A DNA stretch of 64,000 nucleotides from Camelus dromedarius (taxonomy: Eukaryota), in contig NC_087437.1 of assembly GCF_036321535.1 (NCBI RefSeq), positions 48,424,001 to 48,488,000 on the forward strand. Reading direction: 5' to 3'. The position numbers and the translations under genes were made by a program. Below, one piece after another: positions 28,001 to 41,399 of this stretch (position 1 is its first letter; each line of letters begins with the position of its first letter). Below the pieces are notes generated by a model. That model did not search any database, was not told the origin of the DNA, and was given only the letters and a program-made list of their open reading frames with translations.

Positions 28001-28125
28001 ATCTTTACAAATTGTAAATCACTATATTGTACACCCATAACTTATATAATATTGTATGCCAACTATATCTCAATTAAAAAATATGTAGTTACTTATAAAA
28101 AATAAAATAAAGTGAAAGAAAACCC
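25089..28125 (+). mobile_element. 5'-truncated L1 (ORF2 C-terminus and 3' UTR) interrupted by a second L1
   Basis: ORF2 motifs [31 protein letters not shown]-rich tail near 28075-28120; probable 15-bp TSD agaatgcYagMtgtt (25074-25088 and 28126-28140, 2 mismatches). Confidence 0.9.
26257..27554 (+). mobile_element. Younger L1 nested inside the previous L1
   Basis: Sequence jumps back to acaaaaataaactcaaaatgg (KINSKW) after the host ...gaagatgtggt, runs to its own A tail, then the host resumes at gtggt. Confidence 0.9.
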
Positions 28126-28860
28126 AGAATGCCAGCTGTTGAAAGAATAGGTGTTTTGAAAAGATGGACAAGATAAAAGCATTTCTTTATAAATTAACAG
28201 TACCAGAAAAGATGGCTTCTATTATTTCAAGTGACTTGCTCAATCTCTGTGTCTCTAAGATATATCCTATATCTTTAAAAGCCTGAATTTACCACCTTGT
28301 GGCCAAAATGGCACAAGTTTGATACTGAGATTTGGGATATCAGGATTTCTTAAGAAGACCAAGTAGTAGGACAAGCAGCTTAACTGTCAAGAGTCCAGTG
28401 CTTGTCAGAGAAAAAAAATTGGCTTATTTTAAAACCAAATCCAAATCCTGCAATAGAAAATGGTTATAGTTTCAAGCTGAGTACTACCTAAAGAGTAAAC
28501 TGGAAAACCACTGGCTGTATCTTCCAAGTTGAGAGTTTTAAGGTTAGTGTGTGCTAACCTTGCCTGTGTAGCATCTTTCAGAATGCTCAAAGTAAGTTTC
28601 AGTGGAAAATTTCTTCGTATTTCTGGACCCACATGCAGTTTGAAAATCTAGAACTAGATGACAGTGCCAATAAACACTTTCTGCCATTTCTAAGAACCTA
28701 TAATTATGATGAAAGAATTTCTAATTTAGCAGAAATAAAGACAAAGAAAGGAACCAACTGCATATGGAACATGACCTGTGGCTGCAGCCTTCATACTGAA
28801 TAAATATATCCAAGTAAAATGTTGCAAGCAGCATTATCCCTCTCACAGATATGATAAAGG

Positions 28861-29098
28861 GAGCAGTATAGAGTGCCTAATGAAGGGCTTAGGCACCAAA
28901 GTCTGGGTTTGAGTCCCATTTAACTAGCTATGTGGCCTTGAACAAGTTACTTAATCTCTCCATGCCTCAATTTCTATCTGGGAGTGATCATAATAATGCC
29001 AGTCTTGTAAGGTTAATGTGACTATAGCATGGGTTAATATATGTAAAAAAACTTAGTGCCTGGTATTCAATAAAGCTTCTTAGAGCTGGCACACAATA
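28861..29098 (+). mobile_element. MIR SINE
   Basis: ctgggtttgagtccca...actagctatgtggccttgaacaagttacttaatctctccatgcctcaatttc. Confidence 0.8.
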
Positions 29099-29834
29099 AG
29101 GACTATGGAAGTAATAAGACCTCCCAGGCTACTGTGATGACCTGATGGATTTGGAGACATAACAACCAAGAAGCAGTACTATGTGTATGCAAAAACTTTT
29201 ATAGCTTAAAGACTATACACAACATTCCGTCTGGCACGCCATCATCTCTCTAAAACCTAATGCATTCCATTAAGCCTAGAGAAAATAGAGTCAAAGGAAA
29301 CTGTCATATAAAAATAAAACAAAGGGCCTGAAAATAGCTTGTTCTGTTCCTTACGCATTCCCTTTTACCTTTGTGGACACTTACTACTCGTTTAACAAGC
29401 AAGCCCCTTTGTCACATCCCTTAATGTTTACAAACTCCAAACTTGTGAAGTCTAAGTTTAGACTGTTTTATTAAGGCTCACTGAGATCTTTATAGCTTTA
29501 TGGGAGTTCACATAAGATTTCCTTACAAGGTCATACCAAACCATTAAAATCTGGTGTTGCTTTCATTTACTCATACATTTCCAGGAGATTTTGCTTTAAT
29601 TAACAAATCTTAGGCATGGAATGCGGTGAGGTGTGGGGGCAAGCACAGCAGAATCCAGCAATCTAAGCCTGAATTCTGGATATTGAATTTCAGACCTCAG
29701 TGGATATGAGTGAGTCACTGAAGCCTTTGAAACTTCCTTTCATATCCAGAAAAACAGGTATAATAACTTTGAAAAACAAATGTGAAAAAACTTTCTAAAC
29801 TGAAAATACTATACAGAAATTCAAGAACACATTC

Positions 29835-30946
29835 AGGTGCCATGAGGCTTATATATAAATACATACATATATCTATGTATGTATGTATATACATTGAGAG
29901 CCCCCATAAGGAAAAAATACAGTATTATGAATATAAAATTAGATACAGAAGTATCTATTAATTTAGAATGATAAAATAAGTCACAGCAAATTATAAACAC
30001 TAAGATACTGACAAATACCACAAACATGATGAAATCCAGCAATCCAGCATAATATTTTTATTAATTAACTGTCTGACAGGCTGTTAAAAATAGGCTTTTC
30101 CCACAGTTTTGGCTAGACCCTCTTTAAATACTTCTTGATATGACAATGGTTTTATAATATAATTTTCCGATGGTAAGAAAAATAATTCAAACCTTCCTTT
30201 AAGATGACTGATCAGAATTTTTAAAGTAACTTAGAATAGTCTATAAATTTTAGCTTCGCAATTTGTTTTTGGCGGTATCATCTACATTTTTAAAATTATT
30301 GTCAAATGTGGAAAAACCTCTATTAGTGTCTTTCCTGTGTGTGCTCTATGATCTCAGAGCATTTCATGTTTTCCTGTCTAGACTCTAACTTAACATAGTC
30401 ATGACTTAGTGATACCCCTTGATCAATTTATCCTAGAATTATGTTATCTTCATCAATTTCAGTACTCTTATCAAATTAAAATATTAAAATGTGCTTTCAT
30501 ATGATGTATTTCTCTTCATTAATTGGGTTATTAAACAATCTAAAAGCCTAATTCATTGCTTCTACTCAAAATTTATCCTGGAAATGATTCCTATAGTGGG
30601 GTGGCTAGCACTAATTTAATCATATAAGAAAGTAATTGCAAGCTACATAAATATAGTCCACAAAACTCAAACTAAATGTATTCTCAACTCAACTTGCCTT
30701 TAGTTGGATCCCCAAATTAACTCTGGCCTCTCCAATGCTACCTGATACTAGAAGTGTGACAGATAGTAAATAGGTGTGGAGAGAGACAGCAGTCTTGACC
30801 AATTGCTATTAACATATCCAATTTTAAAAAAATTTACCAAAACTTTTGACAATGTGAACATGGACTTGGGCCCCCTCCCAGGATTTTGGGAAGCTCCAGT
30901 GCTGCTGAAGCTTAAGCTTATTAGCTTCATAACAAATTTGTCTATG
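29835..30946. mobile_element. Zaphod/MER115-like hAT-Tip100 fossil with both end regions
   Basis: ctgacaaataccacaaacat, atattttttattaattaactg; other end gcccctcccagg...ctgaagcttaagcttattagcttca. Confidence 0.7.
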
Positions 30947-31154
30947 AAGATTTAACTTATTTACCCAATAGAAAAGTATCTCTTGCACCTTATTACTTTC
31001 AACAGCCTTGACAGCAACTGATACAAATAAGCTCTGAATAAATGTTTAGTCAAAAAATAAAATAGATTGCACTATGATCAATACAATTAATAAGAATTCA
31101 ATTAGCCATGTGATAATAACGATACAGGAAGAGATTTTCAATATACCAGACAAA

Positions 31155-31388
31155 GCACTATAATGTAATGGCAGAGCATAAGCTGTGGAGCCAGGGTTCC
31201 TAGCTCCATCATGCAAAGGCTCTATGTGTTTCAACCTTTTCCATGCCTCAGTTTCCTCTCCTGAAAAATGGAGATAATACTAGTAACCTGCCATGTAGGG
31301 TTGTAAGGATTTAATGTACTGATGCATGTAAAATGCTTAAGAAATTTTAAAACATAGGTTAGCATAGTATTTGGCAAATGTAGCTACT
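31155..31388 (+). mobile_element. MIR SINE
   Basis: catgcctcagtttcctctcctgaaaaatggagataatactagtaacctgcc. Confidence 0.8.
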
Positions 31389-32348
31389 TTTCTTTTACAA
31401 ATAAAAACCTTCCTTCTTCTCTCTTTCCAAAAATGTTTTGAGGCAGCATAAACAAAACACTTCAAAAGGCTAAAATACAATTCATACCTGGGATAGTCAA
31501 AATGATGTATAAACGAAAGACAAGAAAAATAATAAAAAGTCAGGGATGAAAGCAGTACATGAAATGAAAAATATCATATGAAAAAAAAAAAACCCTTATA
31601 GTTGGTAGAAGCAGGAGCAGAGGAACCCTGTAAAGCAGCCCACTCTGCTAAAGAACACCTTTGGGATATTGCAGCAGCAGATTTTGCTCAGTCTGTCCTG
31701 TTATTTGGCAAAAGATGCTGGCAAAAATTATTAGTACTTAAGTCAAACATTTCTCCACCTTTTTCTCATCCTCTTCAGATTTTACATTATGGAGAAGCAT
31801 TTGAATTAGTCAAGTGTTCCTAAGGGAACTTTGTTCCTCAGTGACTGGCTAGGAATTATTAAGCAGGCGCTGGCAGAGACTGGGCAGGCTAGATTGGAAT
31901 GAAAGGAATACCTCATTTTTAGGGCTTCTCATGATCCTGTAGGACCAAATGAGTAAGTCATGGGACCAGAATAAATGCAGAAAAATGGGCACCCAAACCT
32001 AACATTTAACATTTTCCTTTGCAAAATAAGGATGAGAAACCTTTAAAGGTACTGTGTATGATCAAATAGTAAGGATAAAGAGTTTTAAAATTTTATAAAA
32101 TCCTGCAGATTTTTATTGTGCTAACCACAAGAATCTTCAAAAGCTATAGCATGTTTGCTTCCAGAATTATAGTTCTCTGATCTGAAAAAGAAATCGAAGC
32201 AATTCCTAAGTTGTCTTTTTATTACTGTTGCTGTTCCAAATTTTCTTAAAAACAAGCCTCTAAATGTTTGTGCCTTCTCTAAAATACAAGTCCCCGAGTG
32301 CCACTTTAAACTTGATGTTTTCTATTAGAACTTAAAAAGAACATCTAC

Positions 32349-32378
32349 CTTTTATTCGAATTACTACTTCAGTTAAGC
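32349..32378 (-). pseudogene. Candidate exon 4, 30 nt, (G)LTEVVIRIK
   Basis: tttatgttaacag|GCTT...AAAG|gtagat; open, phase 1-1, compatible with the end of exon 40901-41183; retains a CpG. Confidence 0.35.
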
Positions 32379-32749
32379 CTGTTAACATAAATTATGATAC
32401 TCTTTGACGCTACATAGGTTTGTTAAGTACTATTTAGCTGCAGAAAATATGAGCCATTCTTGTAGAAATTGATGAGTTAAAATAATTTCATTTGCCTATA
32501 ATGTAAATCAGAGAGCCAATCCTGGATTTTTTTTTTATTGTATTCATGGGCATACTGAGAAAATAATTTTTCAAAAATTCTCAGAAGTAGTTTTCATAAC
32601 CTAACACCAAGGAAAAATTGGGTATAGGAACAAAACTTTTAGGAGGTTTCTTTGGAATTAAAAACAACCACAAACCCTGATTTTTACCAGCACACCATAA
32701 ATAAAACACACCCTTAAATTAAATTGCCTTTTTTGGAAATTTTTTGAAT

Positions 32750-33139
32750 TTTTAAATTGTGGTAAAATAATTTAACATAAAATTAACCTTTTTAACCATT
32801 TTAAAATGTATAATTTAGTGGCATTAATTACATTCATAATGTTGGAAAACCATCACCACTATTTCCAAAAATTTTTAAAGCCCAAAATAGAAACTCTGTA
32901 ACCATTAAGTAATACCTCTCCATTCTTCCTCTCTTCCCAATCCCCTGTTAGCCTCCAATCTACTTTCTGTCTCTATGAATTTGCCTATTTTAGAAAATTT
33001 CATTTAAGTGTAATCATATAATGCTTGTCATTTTGTTTGACTTATTTCACATAGCATAATGTTTTCAAGGTTCATCCATGTTACAGCTTGTACAAAAACG
33101 TCACCCTTTTTATGGCTGAGTAATATTCCATTCCAGATA

Positions 33140-33176
<37 letters not shown>

Positions 33177-33777
33177 TCACATTTGGGGTATCCATTCATC
33201 TGTTGATGGACATTTGGGGTGTTTATATCCTTTAGCTATTGTGAATAAGGCTGCAAGAAACATTGGCATACAAATATCTGTTTGAGTTCTTTCTTTCAAT
33301 TCTTTGGGGTATATACCTTGAGGTGGAATTGCTGGATCATATGATAATTCTATGTTTAACTTTTTGAAAAACACCAAACCATTTTCCACTGTGGCTGTAA
33401 CATTTTACATTTCCATCAGCATTGTATGAGGTTTTCCATTTCTCCACATCCTTCCCAATACCTGTTATTTTCTATATTTTAAAAATTATTACTATAGCCA
33501 TTCTAGTGGGTATGAAGTGGTATCTCATTGTGATTCCCTATTGACTAAGATGATGTTGAGCATCTTTTCCTATATTTATTGGCCATTTATATGTCCTCTT
33601 TGGAGAGATGCCTACTCAAATCTTTGCCCCTTTTTTAATTGAGTTCTCTTTTTGTTGCTGAGTTTTAGGAAATCTTTATACATTTGGAGATATTAAACCC
33701 TTACTATATATCTGATTTGTACATATTTTCTCCCATTCTTTAAGTTGTCTTTTCACTTTCTTGATAATGTAACTTTG
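32750..33777 (-). mobile_element. L1MB3/4-like 3' end containing a (GACA)n/(GATA)n tract at about 33135-33176
   Basis: ttgtggtaaaata...acataaaatt...gtggcattaattacattcataatgttg; ORF 33177..33389 is the L1 ORF2 end (YDPAIP..GIYPKE). Confidence 0.9.
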
Positions 33778-35879
33778 AATTTTTAATAATAGTCTTTATA
33801 TTTTTCTCTTTAAGGTAAAATAGAATATGAAAGTATTTAAAATACTAACCGTAGCAGTCATTAAAAGAGCTATAAAAATGGATTTTCTCAACTGTTCATT
33901 ATTCTTAATGTGGAATACATTAATTAACCTTGTTTCTTGTATGTATAAGTGAAAGCTGGTTTTAATTAAAGCTATTTTTACAATAAAGAGGTTTTCAGAA
34001 TAAAAAATGACATTAGAGGAAAAACTGAACATTTGTTTCATTGGTAGAACACTTTTCTCACCTATGCCTGAGGAATCATTTACTTTACTGGAGTTAGATA
34101 GAATTGATCACAAGAGGATTTATTGTATCAGAGGAGGGAACTGTGTAAGGTTAGTGGAAAGAGAATATGTTATATCAGCAAATTCAAGGGAATAGGCATA
34201 GGCTTGTAATACAGTATGGAAAAAGAGAAAAGATAAGGAAATTGAGGATTTTTTTATTCTTGGGACTACAGAAGTTAGATAAGCCAAGAACACAGCTAGA
34301 ATTTACCCAAGTGCACAGAGCATATAACTGACACTAAAATGTGTAAACTCTACTCTTGGTTTTTTGCCATGAAACTTCCTCCTCATATTAATGATATTAT
34401 AAATGAGAAAAGTCACAAGTACTTGCAGTTTATAGGAATCCAGGATGGAGCTACCTCCATGTCAGGAGAAGGAATGAGGAAAAATTTAAAGAGAGACAAA
34501 GGATAGGACCAAAGAAACGGCCCTTGACTGTACATAAAAGGGATTATGATGTGCTTGTGTGCTAAAGACCTTCATCCCCATTAGGAAACCTTTAATTAAT
34601 TAAATCTTTTTGCAAGCATGGACAAAAGAATTAACCATGAAGTATTGTAAATTACATTAGGAAAACAAGTCCATAAAACAGAGAGCTGATAAAGAGTTAT
34701 AGAAGCCTTCATAATACTGTTTCAGAATCAAAGCTTCTTCTCAGTGAGTTTTGAGAAGGTAGAATTGCAACCAGACTTGATAGAATCACTGATACCTAGA
34801 GCTTTCAATCATCCCCCAATGCAATTTACCCCTGAAAGGTGCACAGAGTGATAGTATCCTAATAGCATTGCCACTTGAAAAATGAATGTAGCAGAAACTG
34901 ACAATTTGCTACAGCCTTTAAAACTAGAGAAGTGTTTTCTAGGGAATGAATCTTTAAAATATTCTATTCTATATGAGAAAAAGGAACAATCCCTCTTAAA
35001 TAACATATATATGGCATCTGTCAAATAATGTTCCAGCTAAAGGTAGGATCAGAAATCATAAATGTCTAACATTTTATTTTGGGGAGAGGTCCTGAGGACA
35101 AAAGAGCATGCACTCTTAAGGCAAATATACTCATGGTAAACTCTCTGCATGGTTAAAAAATATAGCTAACTCAAAGAAAGTGGAAGGAGATGCTATTGAT
35201 ACTAGCAGAGTCTGAATCCAGTGAACCCAGTCAAAATGTCTTGTTACAAGTATGAGCGTATGTGGTAAGTATGCATGTCATCTTAAATAACAAATTCCAA
35301 TATATCCCCAAATACATGAATTTTCAAGTCTTGTTCTGTGAGAGAATCAATAAAATACAAGATAAACCCAGCAACTCAAAATGTCATGCCTGAATGTGTA
35401 TGTATGTGCATATGTGCATGTGATTAAATACAGCCATTCTCTCCACCATCCAGACACTTAAGCATGTGTGTAGCCCAAGGGCTCATTTTGTGTTTACTGG
35501 ATACCAGTGCTTACTTAACATTGTTGCTCTGAGATGATGGGGAAAGACTACATCCCTGTGAGCAAGTGGTGAGTTTCTCTAGCCCCTGAAAAGAAATAAG
35601 ACTAGATCTGGGACCAGCTGATTTTTGTAAGATATTATCTCTAGGTCCCACACTTCTCATTTTGACTAGGAGTCAAGTCAAGATTAAGGACACTCCTAGA
35701 TGTTGGAGAAGAAACATCTAATGACACTTTGCAACAAAGATTCATCAAAACACTCTGGAGTAAGTCGGTCACAGGCTGAAGAGAGATAAGAAGCTAGATT
35801 TATGAGCCAGGTTATCCAATCACAAATTACCAGCTCTATCACTTTCCCTTGTGTTTTCCCATGTGTTTGCTGAACCTAT

Positions 35880-36028
35880 TTTTAAGTGTTACTTTCTAGT
35901 CCACACAAAAATTCAAGCTCCATGTGGGCAACGGTGTGTGTCTGCTTTATCAATAGCCTCATTACCCTATGCTTAGGACAGTGCCAGGAGTATACTTGGC
36001 AATTAACGAATATTTGATGAAGAATAAC
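35880..36028 (+). mobile_element. L2 3' end
   Basis: aagctccatgtgggca...ttaggacagtgccagga...aatatttgatgaagaataa. Confidence 0.7.
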
Positions 36029-36409
36029 TAGGTTTATATTTTAGGAAAATAACATTCCTGAAGCCAGAGGGTGAAGGCAGCACTACTGGTGAGAAAACTT
36101 TAAGGAGAAACTCAACCTGGAGGAAGGAATCATGACTAACATACAGACATTTCTCCTCTTGTGAGGGGTTATTCTTCAATTGCCAGCCTTGGAGAATGTG
36201 GTTTTGATTTAAGACAGCTCTGTGTTTGGAAGCAAGGTAAGAGAAGCAAGTGGGGAGCCTTTAGAGCTGCATTATATTGTATAATCAATAGCACAGGTCA
36301 GAAAAACACTGGGGAGGAAAGCAGGGAAGCAGTTTAACCGTAGTCGGTGTGGGACTCAGGAGGGCTTAGATTTGTTTCCAGTCCTAATCTAGCTTCTAGG
36401 GAGAAGCAA

Positions 36410-36620
36410 AGAGACACGGTGTTAGGCCCTTCACAAATGCTTTCTCATTTAATCCCACAGTAACTCTATGAAGATAAATGACATGGTACTTTACTAAAAA
36501 GAACACTGATGCTGAGAGAGATTAAATAGCTTCTTTAGTTCTTTAGATGGTAGAGCTAGAGAATGACTGGGCCTGGACTCAAAGTTGGGTCTGTTTAATT
36601 TCAAGGCCCACTTCTCTTAT
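36410..36620 (-). mobile_element. MIR SINE
   Basis: tctcatttaatcccacagtaactctatgaagata...actgatgctgagagagattaaatagct. Confidence 0.7.
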
Positions 36621-37541
36621 TCCAGGACTTCAGTCTGCCTAACTCTCAAATCTTATACTCTTAACATTTCGACCCTTTATTGCACTGATAATAGCAAAAT
36701 AATTGCTTCAACATAGGAATGTGCTGTCTCTAGATTACTATTTTGTGTTTCTGTAAGCGATATGGGTATGAACCTCTGCACCATGAAAAAAGCACTGCTT
36801 GTGATGAAAGATTAGAAAACAAAACCAAAAAATAGACTGTCCAGAGTAGGGAAGAGGTTGTTTTGTGTCAGGTTTAATTAGGAGTGATAACTTCATTAAC
36901 AAAAACTGCTTATTTCTTATATGGTTTTTAAAATGTTTTTGTATAAATTTAGCTTTAGAAAAAAGTCCAGAGAAATTTTTCCAACTATCTTTAAATGCCT
37001 TTGCTAGCCTGTGGAAAATAATTTCTGTGTTCATAAAAAATTCATCCTAGGTAGAGTAATATGTCTTAGGGCTAAGTGCTTCTTCATGTGAAGCACTTCT
37101 TATTCTTGGGATGCTGCTGATTAATACAAGAAAATTCTACCATGTTAATCATTAAAACAGGGAGGACTTTGTACAATCTTCCTGTGGGTCCTCTTTTCAC
37201 AGTTCATTTGTTTTCATTCAATTTGCATCTTCTCTATGAATGGCTCCTACCCTCTATTTTATTTCTTTTTTTTTTCCCTATCCTCCATTTTCATGTGCTT
37301 CAGTAACAGAGAAAGTATCTGGGCACTGAATTTTAAGGATATTGAAAGATAAAGCAATTGAATGTGTAATAACAATGGATACCATGAGTAATTTTTGGCT
37401 CTAGAATAAAAACGAAGTTCCAAGAAACCTGAGCTGAAAAAGCCTCTCATAATTAATATGAAGAATTTAAATTGGCTCTGGATTTGATTCTGCCTCTACT
37501 TGTCCAATACTCAAGTAAATAAATTTGAGGCTAGGGGGTTG

Positions 37542-37780
37542 GCTGACATATTTATTGAGGACCTACTATGTACCAGATGTTGTGCTAGCAAGTACTTTAC
37601 ATATGCTAACTCATCATTTCTAACAATAGCTCTGTGAAGTAGTTACTTTTATCCTCACTTTATCCTTGAGGAAACTGAGCCTTGGAGAGATGAAATAATC
37701 TGCCTCAAATCACACTACTAGAATTTGTCAGAGGTAGGATATAAACCTTGGTGAGTCAGGCTCTAAACTTTTGCTTTTTA
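37542..37780 (-). mobile_element. MIR SINE, near full length
   Basis: tttattgaggacctactatgtaccag...gaggaaactgagccttggagagatgaaataatctgcc. Confidence 0.85.
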
Positions 37781-39069
37781 TTTCCATAGAAAGGACATTA
37801 TTTTAATTAATTGCATCTTTGAACATCATCATCATTAACTATTTGTTGAGCAAGCATCTTCTGAAAACAGCACATCAGTCTCCCTACGTAAAACAGAAAT
37901 GTAAAAGTAGAAATCATTTTCTAATATCTCATTTTGTCTCTTCCTTTCTTTTGTCTTTTTTAAATTGTACTAAGTTGTACCTCTTGTTTAAAAATTATGA
38001 AATGTACACAGAAGTGTGCATGAAATGGTTATGTATATTTTAAAGGATCATAATACAATGAATAACCAAATATCCAGATTAAGAAAAAGAATTTTACCAA
38101 CATGTCAGGAGTCCTTTGTGAGACCCTCCTTAATCATACTCTTCTCTTTCCCCTATAGAGTTTACCACTCTTTTATGTTAATCATTCTTTTGTGTTTCTT
38201 TATCATTTTGTCACCCATGTATGTAGCCTTAGACATATTTTATTCCATGTTGACAAATTAATCACAAGAATAAATCCTGTTCATAGGAAAAGTCAGTACT
38301 GCCACCACAATTAGAACAAGGTTCTCAGGAGAAGATAAACTGAAAAGTTTCTGGGGGCATAGTCTGACTTCAGCTTCCCCAAAAGTTTATGGGAGCCTCT
38401 AAGGAAAGCAGTAGACAAGATGATAAATGAATATGGAAAATTAGAGTTGATTGCAGTTGGCTGTCTGGCAGACTTGAAGTATATCCAGGGACTGGACAAA
38501 TAGGAAAAGTTAGTTTTGTATTTTCTACTTCAAGATCACCATTGTCTACCTTCAGTTCTCAGGAGCGTATTAAGGAAAAACACTTCTGTGGAGCAACTCG
38601 GGTGATCACATCTGACCCAGTTTGGAAGGGAAAGTAGAAATTTCACCAGCACATGATCTGGACACGATAAGCACAGAATGCTCACTTGGACATTCTGTCC
38701 TAGGTTTAAAGGTAGGTATGGTAGTATCAGCAGATATTTCCATTTCTACCCACTACAGGGGAGACAGTTTGGAATTTGAGTTCTGCCAGTTATACAGGCT
38801 TGGTAAGCCCCTTGGTTTTCCACTGATATCCCACAATGACCACATCTTAGGAATACAAATTAAGATCTAGAACTAAAATATTTTCCCTAAAGTGAAGGGC
38901 AAAATGTAAACACCCTCATGAAGAAAGCATAAAGCTTTCAAGTTATCTGTTGCTATAACAAATACCCACTCTTGAGAGGAAGCTGTCAAAAATCAGTGTT
39001 TTTTAAAAATATATCATCTATTAAATATAGTTTATGACAAAAAAATCTACATATGTGAATAAATAGAAA

Positions 39070-39610
39070 AATGTGACACATAGACCAAAGAAAAATCAGT
39101 CACTAAAAGGAGATCCACAGAAAACCCAGAAGTTTCAATTAGCAGATAAGGACTTTAAAATAACTATGATTAGTATGTTAACACATATAAATTTAAAAAA
39201 TACTATAGTAGGAAAGGAACTGGGGGATTTCAGGAGAGAACGGGAAAAATTCAAGAACTGAAAACATATACTTTTACATAAAATAAAATAAAGATGTATT
39301 GAAAAGATTAATGGTAGATTGGATACAGCAGAAGAAAAGACTGGTGAACTTGGCAGGGGTGAGTAGAAACTACCTAAACAGACGCACAAAGAGAAGGAAA
39401 AACAACCACAAAGACAACAAAAAAATTCAGTGACATATGAGGCATTATCAAGCCATCTAAAAATATATGAAAGTATAGTTCCAGAAAGCAAGGATAGTGA
39501 AAAGGGGGCAGAAAAATATTTGAAGAAATACTGACTAAAAGCAATCTAATATTTGATCAAAAACAGCAAACCACCAACCCAAGAAGTCTGGTAAATCTCA
39601 AGCAAGATAC
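39070..39610 (+). mobile_element. Ancient L1M ORF1 remnant (5' region probably extends to about 38300)
   Basis: QLADKDFKITMISML; ggtagattggatacagcagaagaaaaga; gcagaaaaatatttgaagaaata. Confidence 0.7.
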
Positions 39611-39939
39611 TCATTCATTTGAAGAAGACATCTGTGTCTTTTGCAAAATCTTTTATAAAAGATGTAGACCATTGTTTTATTCACTATCTTTATCATACAG
39701 AGGTATAACAAAAATACTTCTAAAAATTCACTGTTAATAGAAAATGAATATATATTTCTACTTGTCTGATTGTTTCCAACCCAAACACTTTCATATCTTT
39801 TGCTTTGTTAGGAAATCGGAGCTGGATATAGTGAATACTTGTAGCAACTAAGTTATTGTTATCCATATCCTCCTTCTAAAAGCTTTTCTTCTGTTTTCCC
39901 TCATATTTCATGTGTGTTTTATGCTGGAGGGACTCCATA

Positions 39940-40170
39940 GTAGGTGGATTTTGGAGTTCACTAGACCTGTATAGGAATTTAATCCTTAGCTTTCTTCATC
40001 GTGACTTAATTCCGTTGTGCCTAAACGTCCTAGTCTGTAAAATGAGGGTAATGAGAACACTCCTATTGCTTCTCTTACAGCATTGCTGGAACATTAAATT
40101 ACAAAGCACATGCAGAGCCCACACGTCCTGGGATAGAGCAGGACCTCAGTTAACGCAGGCTATGGTTACT
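39940..40170 (+). mobile_element. MIR SINE
   Basis: gtgacttaattccgttgtgcct...tctgtaaaatgagggtaatgagaac. Confidence 0.65.
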
Positions 40171-40900
40171 CAGTCACCTCAAATAATGCTTGGGAGTAGC
40201 TTCACATAAAACATAAATTATCAACAATAATGTTCATTCTAGTACAAAGCAAACATTTATCTAAAAAACTAGTAATACAGGGAATTATGAAATTAATGAG
40301 AGATTCTTGATCCTTGTCTCTGGAATAAATACTGGCCCAATATACATGATGGCCTGAAATGATCCACTAAATTTCTGGGCAACAGGAATAGTGCATAGAG
40401 TGAATACAGCACTTTTTTCTGGAATAATTGATAGACGTTAATATAAACAGGACTTTAGACATCTTTTGTTGAACTCCATTTTACTGTTAGGGAAATTGTG
40501 TATTTTTAATGCACAATTTAAATTTCATAATTTTTGTTATTTGCTAGAGTTCTACAGTACCTCTCGTGCACCCTAGTCCCCAGTCTCCAAGTCGCTGGTT
40601 TTGAAAAATCGCTAAATCTGTAGGAAGTTAAGTATCTGCAAAACAGGAATAATAGCATCTTCCTTGCCTACTTAACAAGTTGTTACAAGATTAAACTGTG
40701 AAATATTTTTAGAAAAAATATATGCAAATGGGAAACTGTTATACTCTTGTTCTCTGTAGTTTCTTTTCATCAAACAAAATTCTAGTATTGATCGTCTCAG
40801 GCAATGAGAGAATTCCTATTATACAAAATACATTTACTTGGTTTTATTTTTAAAGGGAGAAAAACAAGGGAAAAAAAGGTTATGATGAAATATCATTTAC

Positions 40901-41183
40901 CTATGCTTTTTTTATAGTATGAATTTGAAACAACTACTACTTAAAGTCTGGGTGTGAGGAAAAGTCCATATAACGGACACAACATTTGACCTTTTAAAAG
41001 AGAATAGAGGTATGTTTTCTGGTGCCCAGAGTAACTGATGATTACTCTGTTATGAGGAAAAAGAAACCAAGTACGTAAAATGATTGCATTGTGCTGAGAG
41101 GTTTTTGTTCTCTTTCCATATACAAATGGATTGCTTCTTGGTCCATACTCTTTCCATTCTACCATTATAACATCCTCTTATAT
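40901..41183 (-). pseudogene. Candidate exon 3, 283 nt, contains ORF 40941..41165; frameshift near its start and TAA at 40941-40943
   Basis: Branch-like ctaat, tgttgttccctgcag|A acceptor, TAG|gtaaat donor; best frame EDVIMVEWKEYGPRSNPFVYG...LCPLYGLFLTPRL*VVVVSNSYYKKSI; no repeat recognised here. Confidence 0.45.
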
Positions 41184-41399
41184 CTGCAGGGAACAACACT
41201 GTGTGGTATTAGAAGAGAAGAGATAGATTGGCTTATTTTCAGATATAAGCATTTTCTGGGCAAGTGTTTGCCAACACAAACATAATCCATCTTTTTCTAA
41301 GTAGGAATTGCTATAAGTTATTTAGTAGATTTTAGAGATGTCCTTTATAATTCATATCACTTCAGAGCAAAAGACATTTTTTAAAAAGAAAAGGAAATT

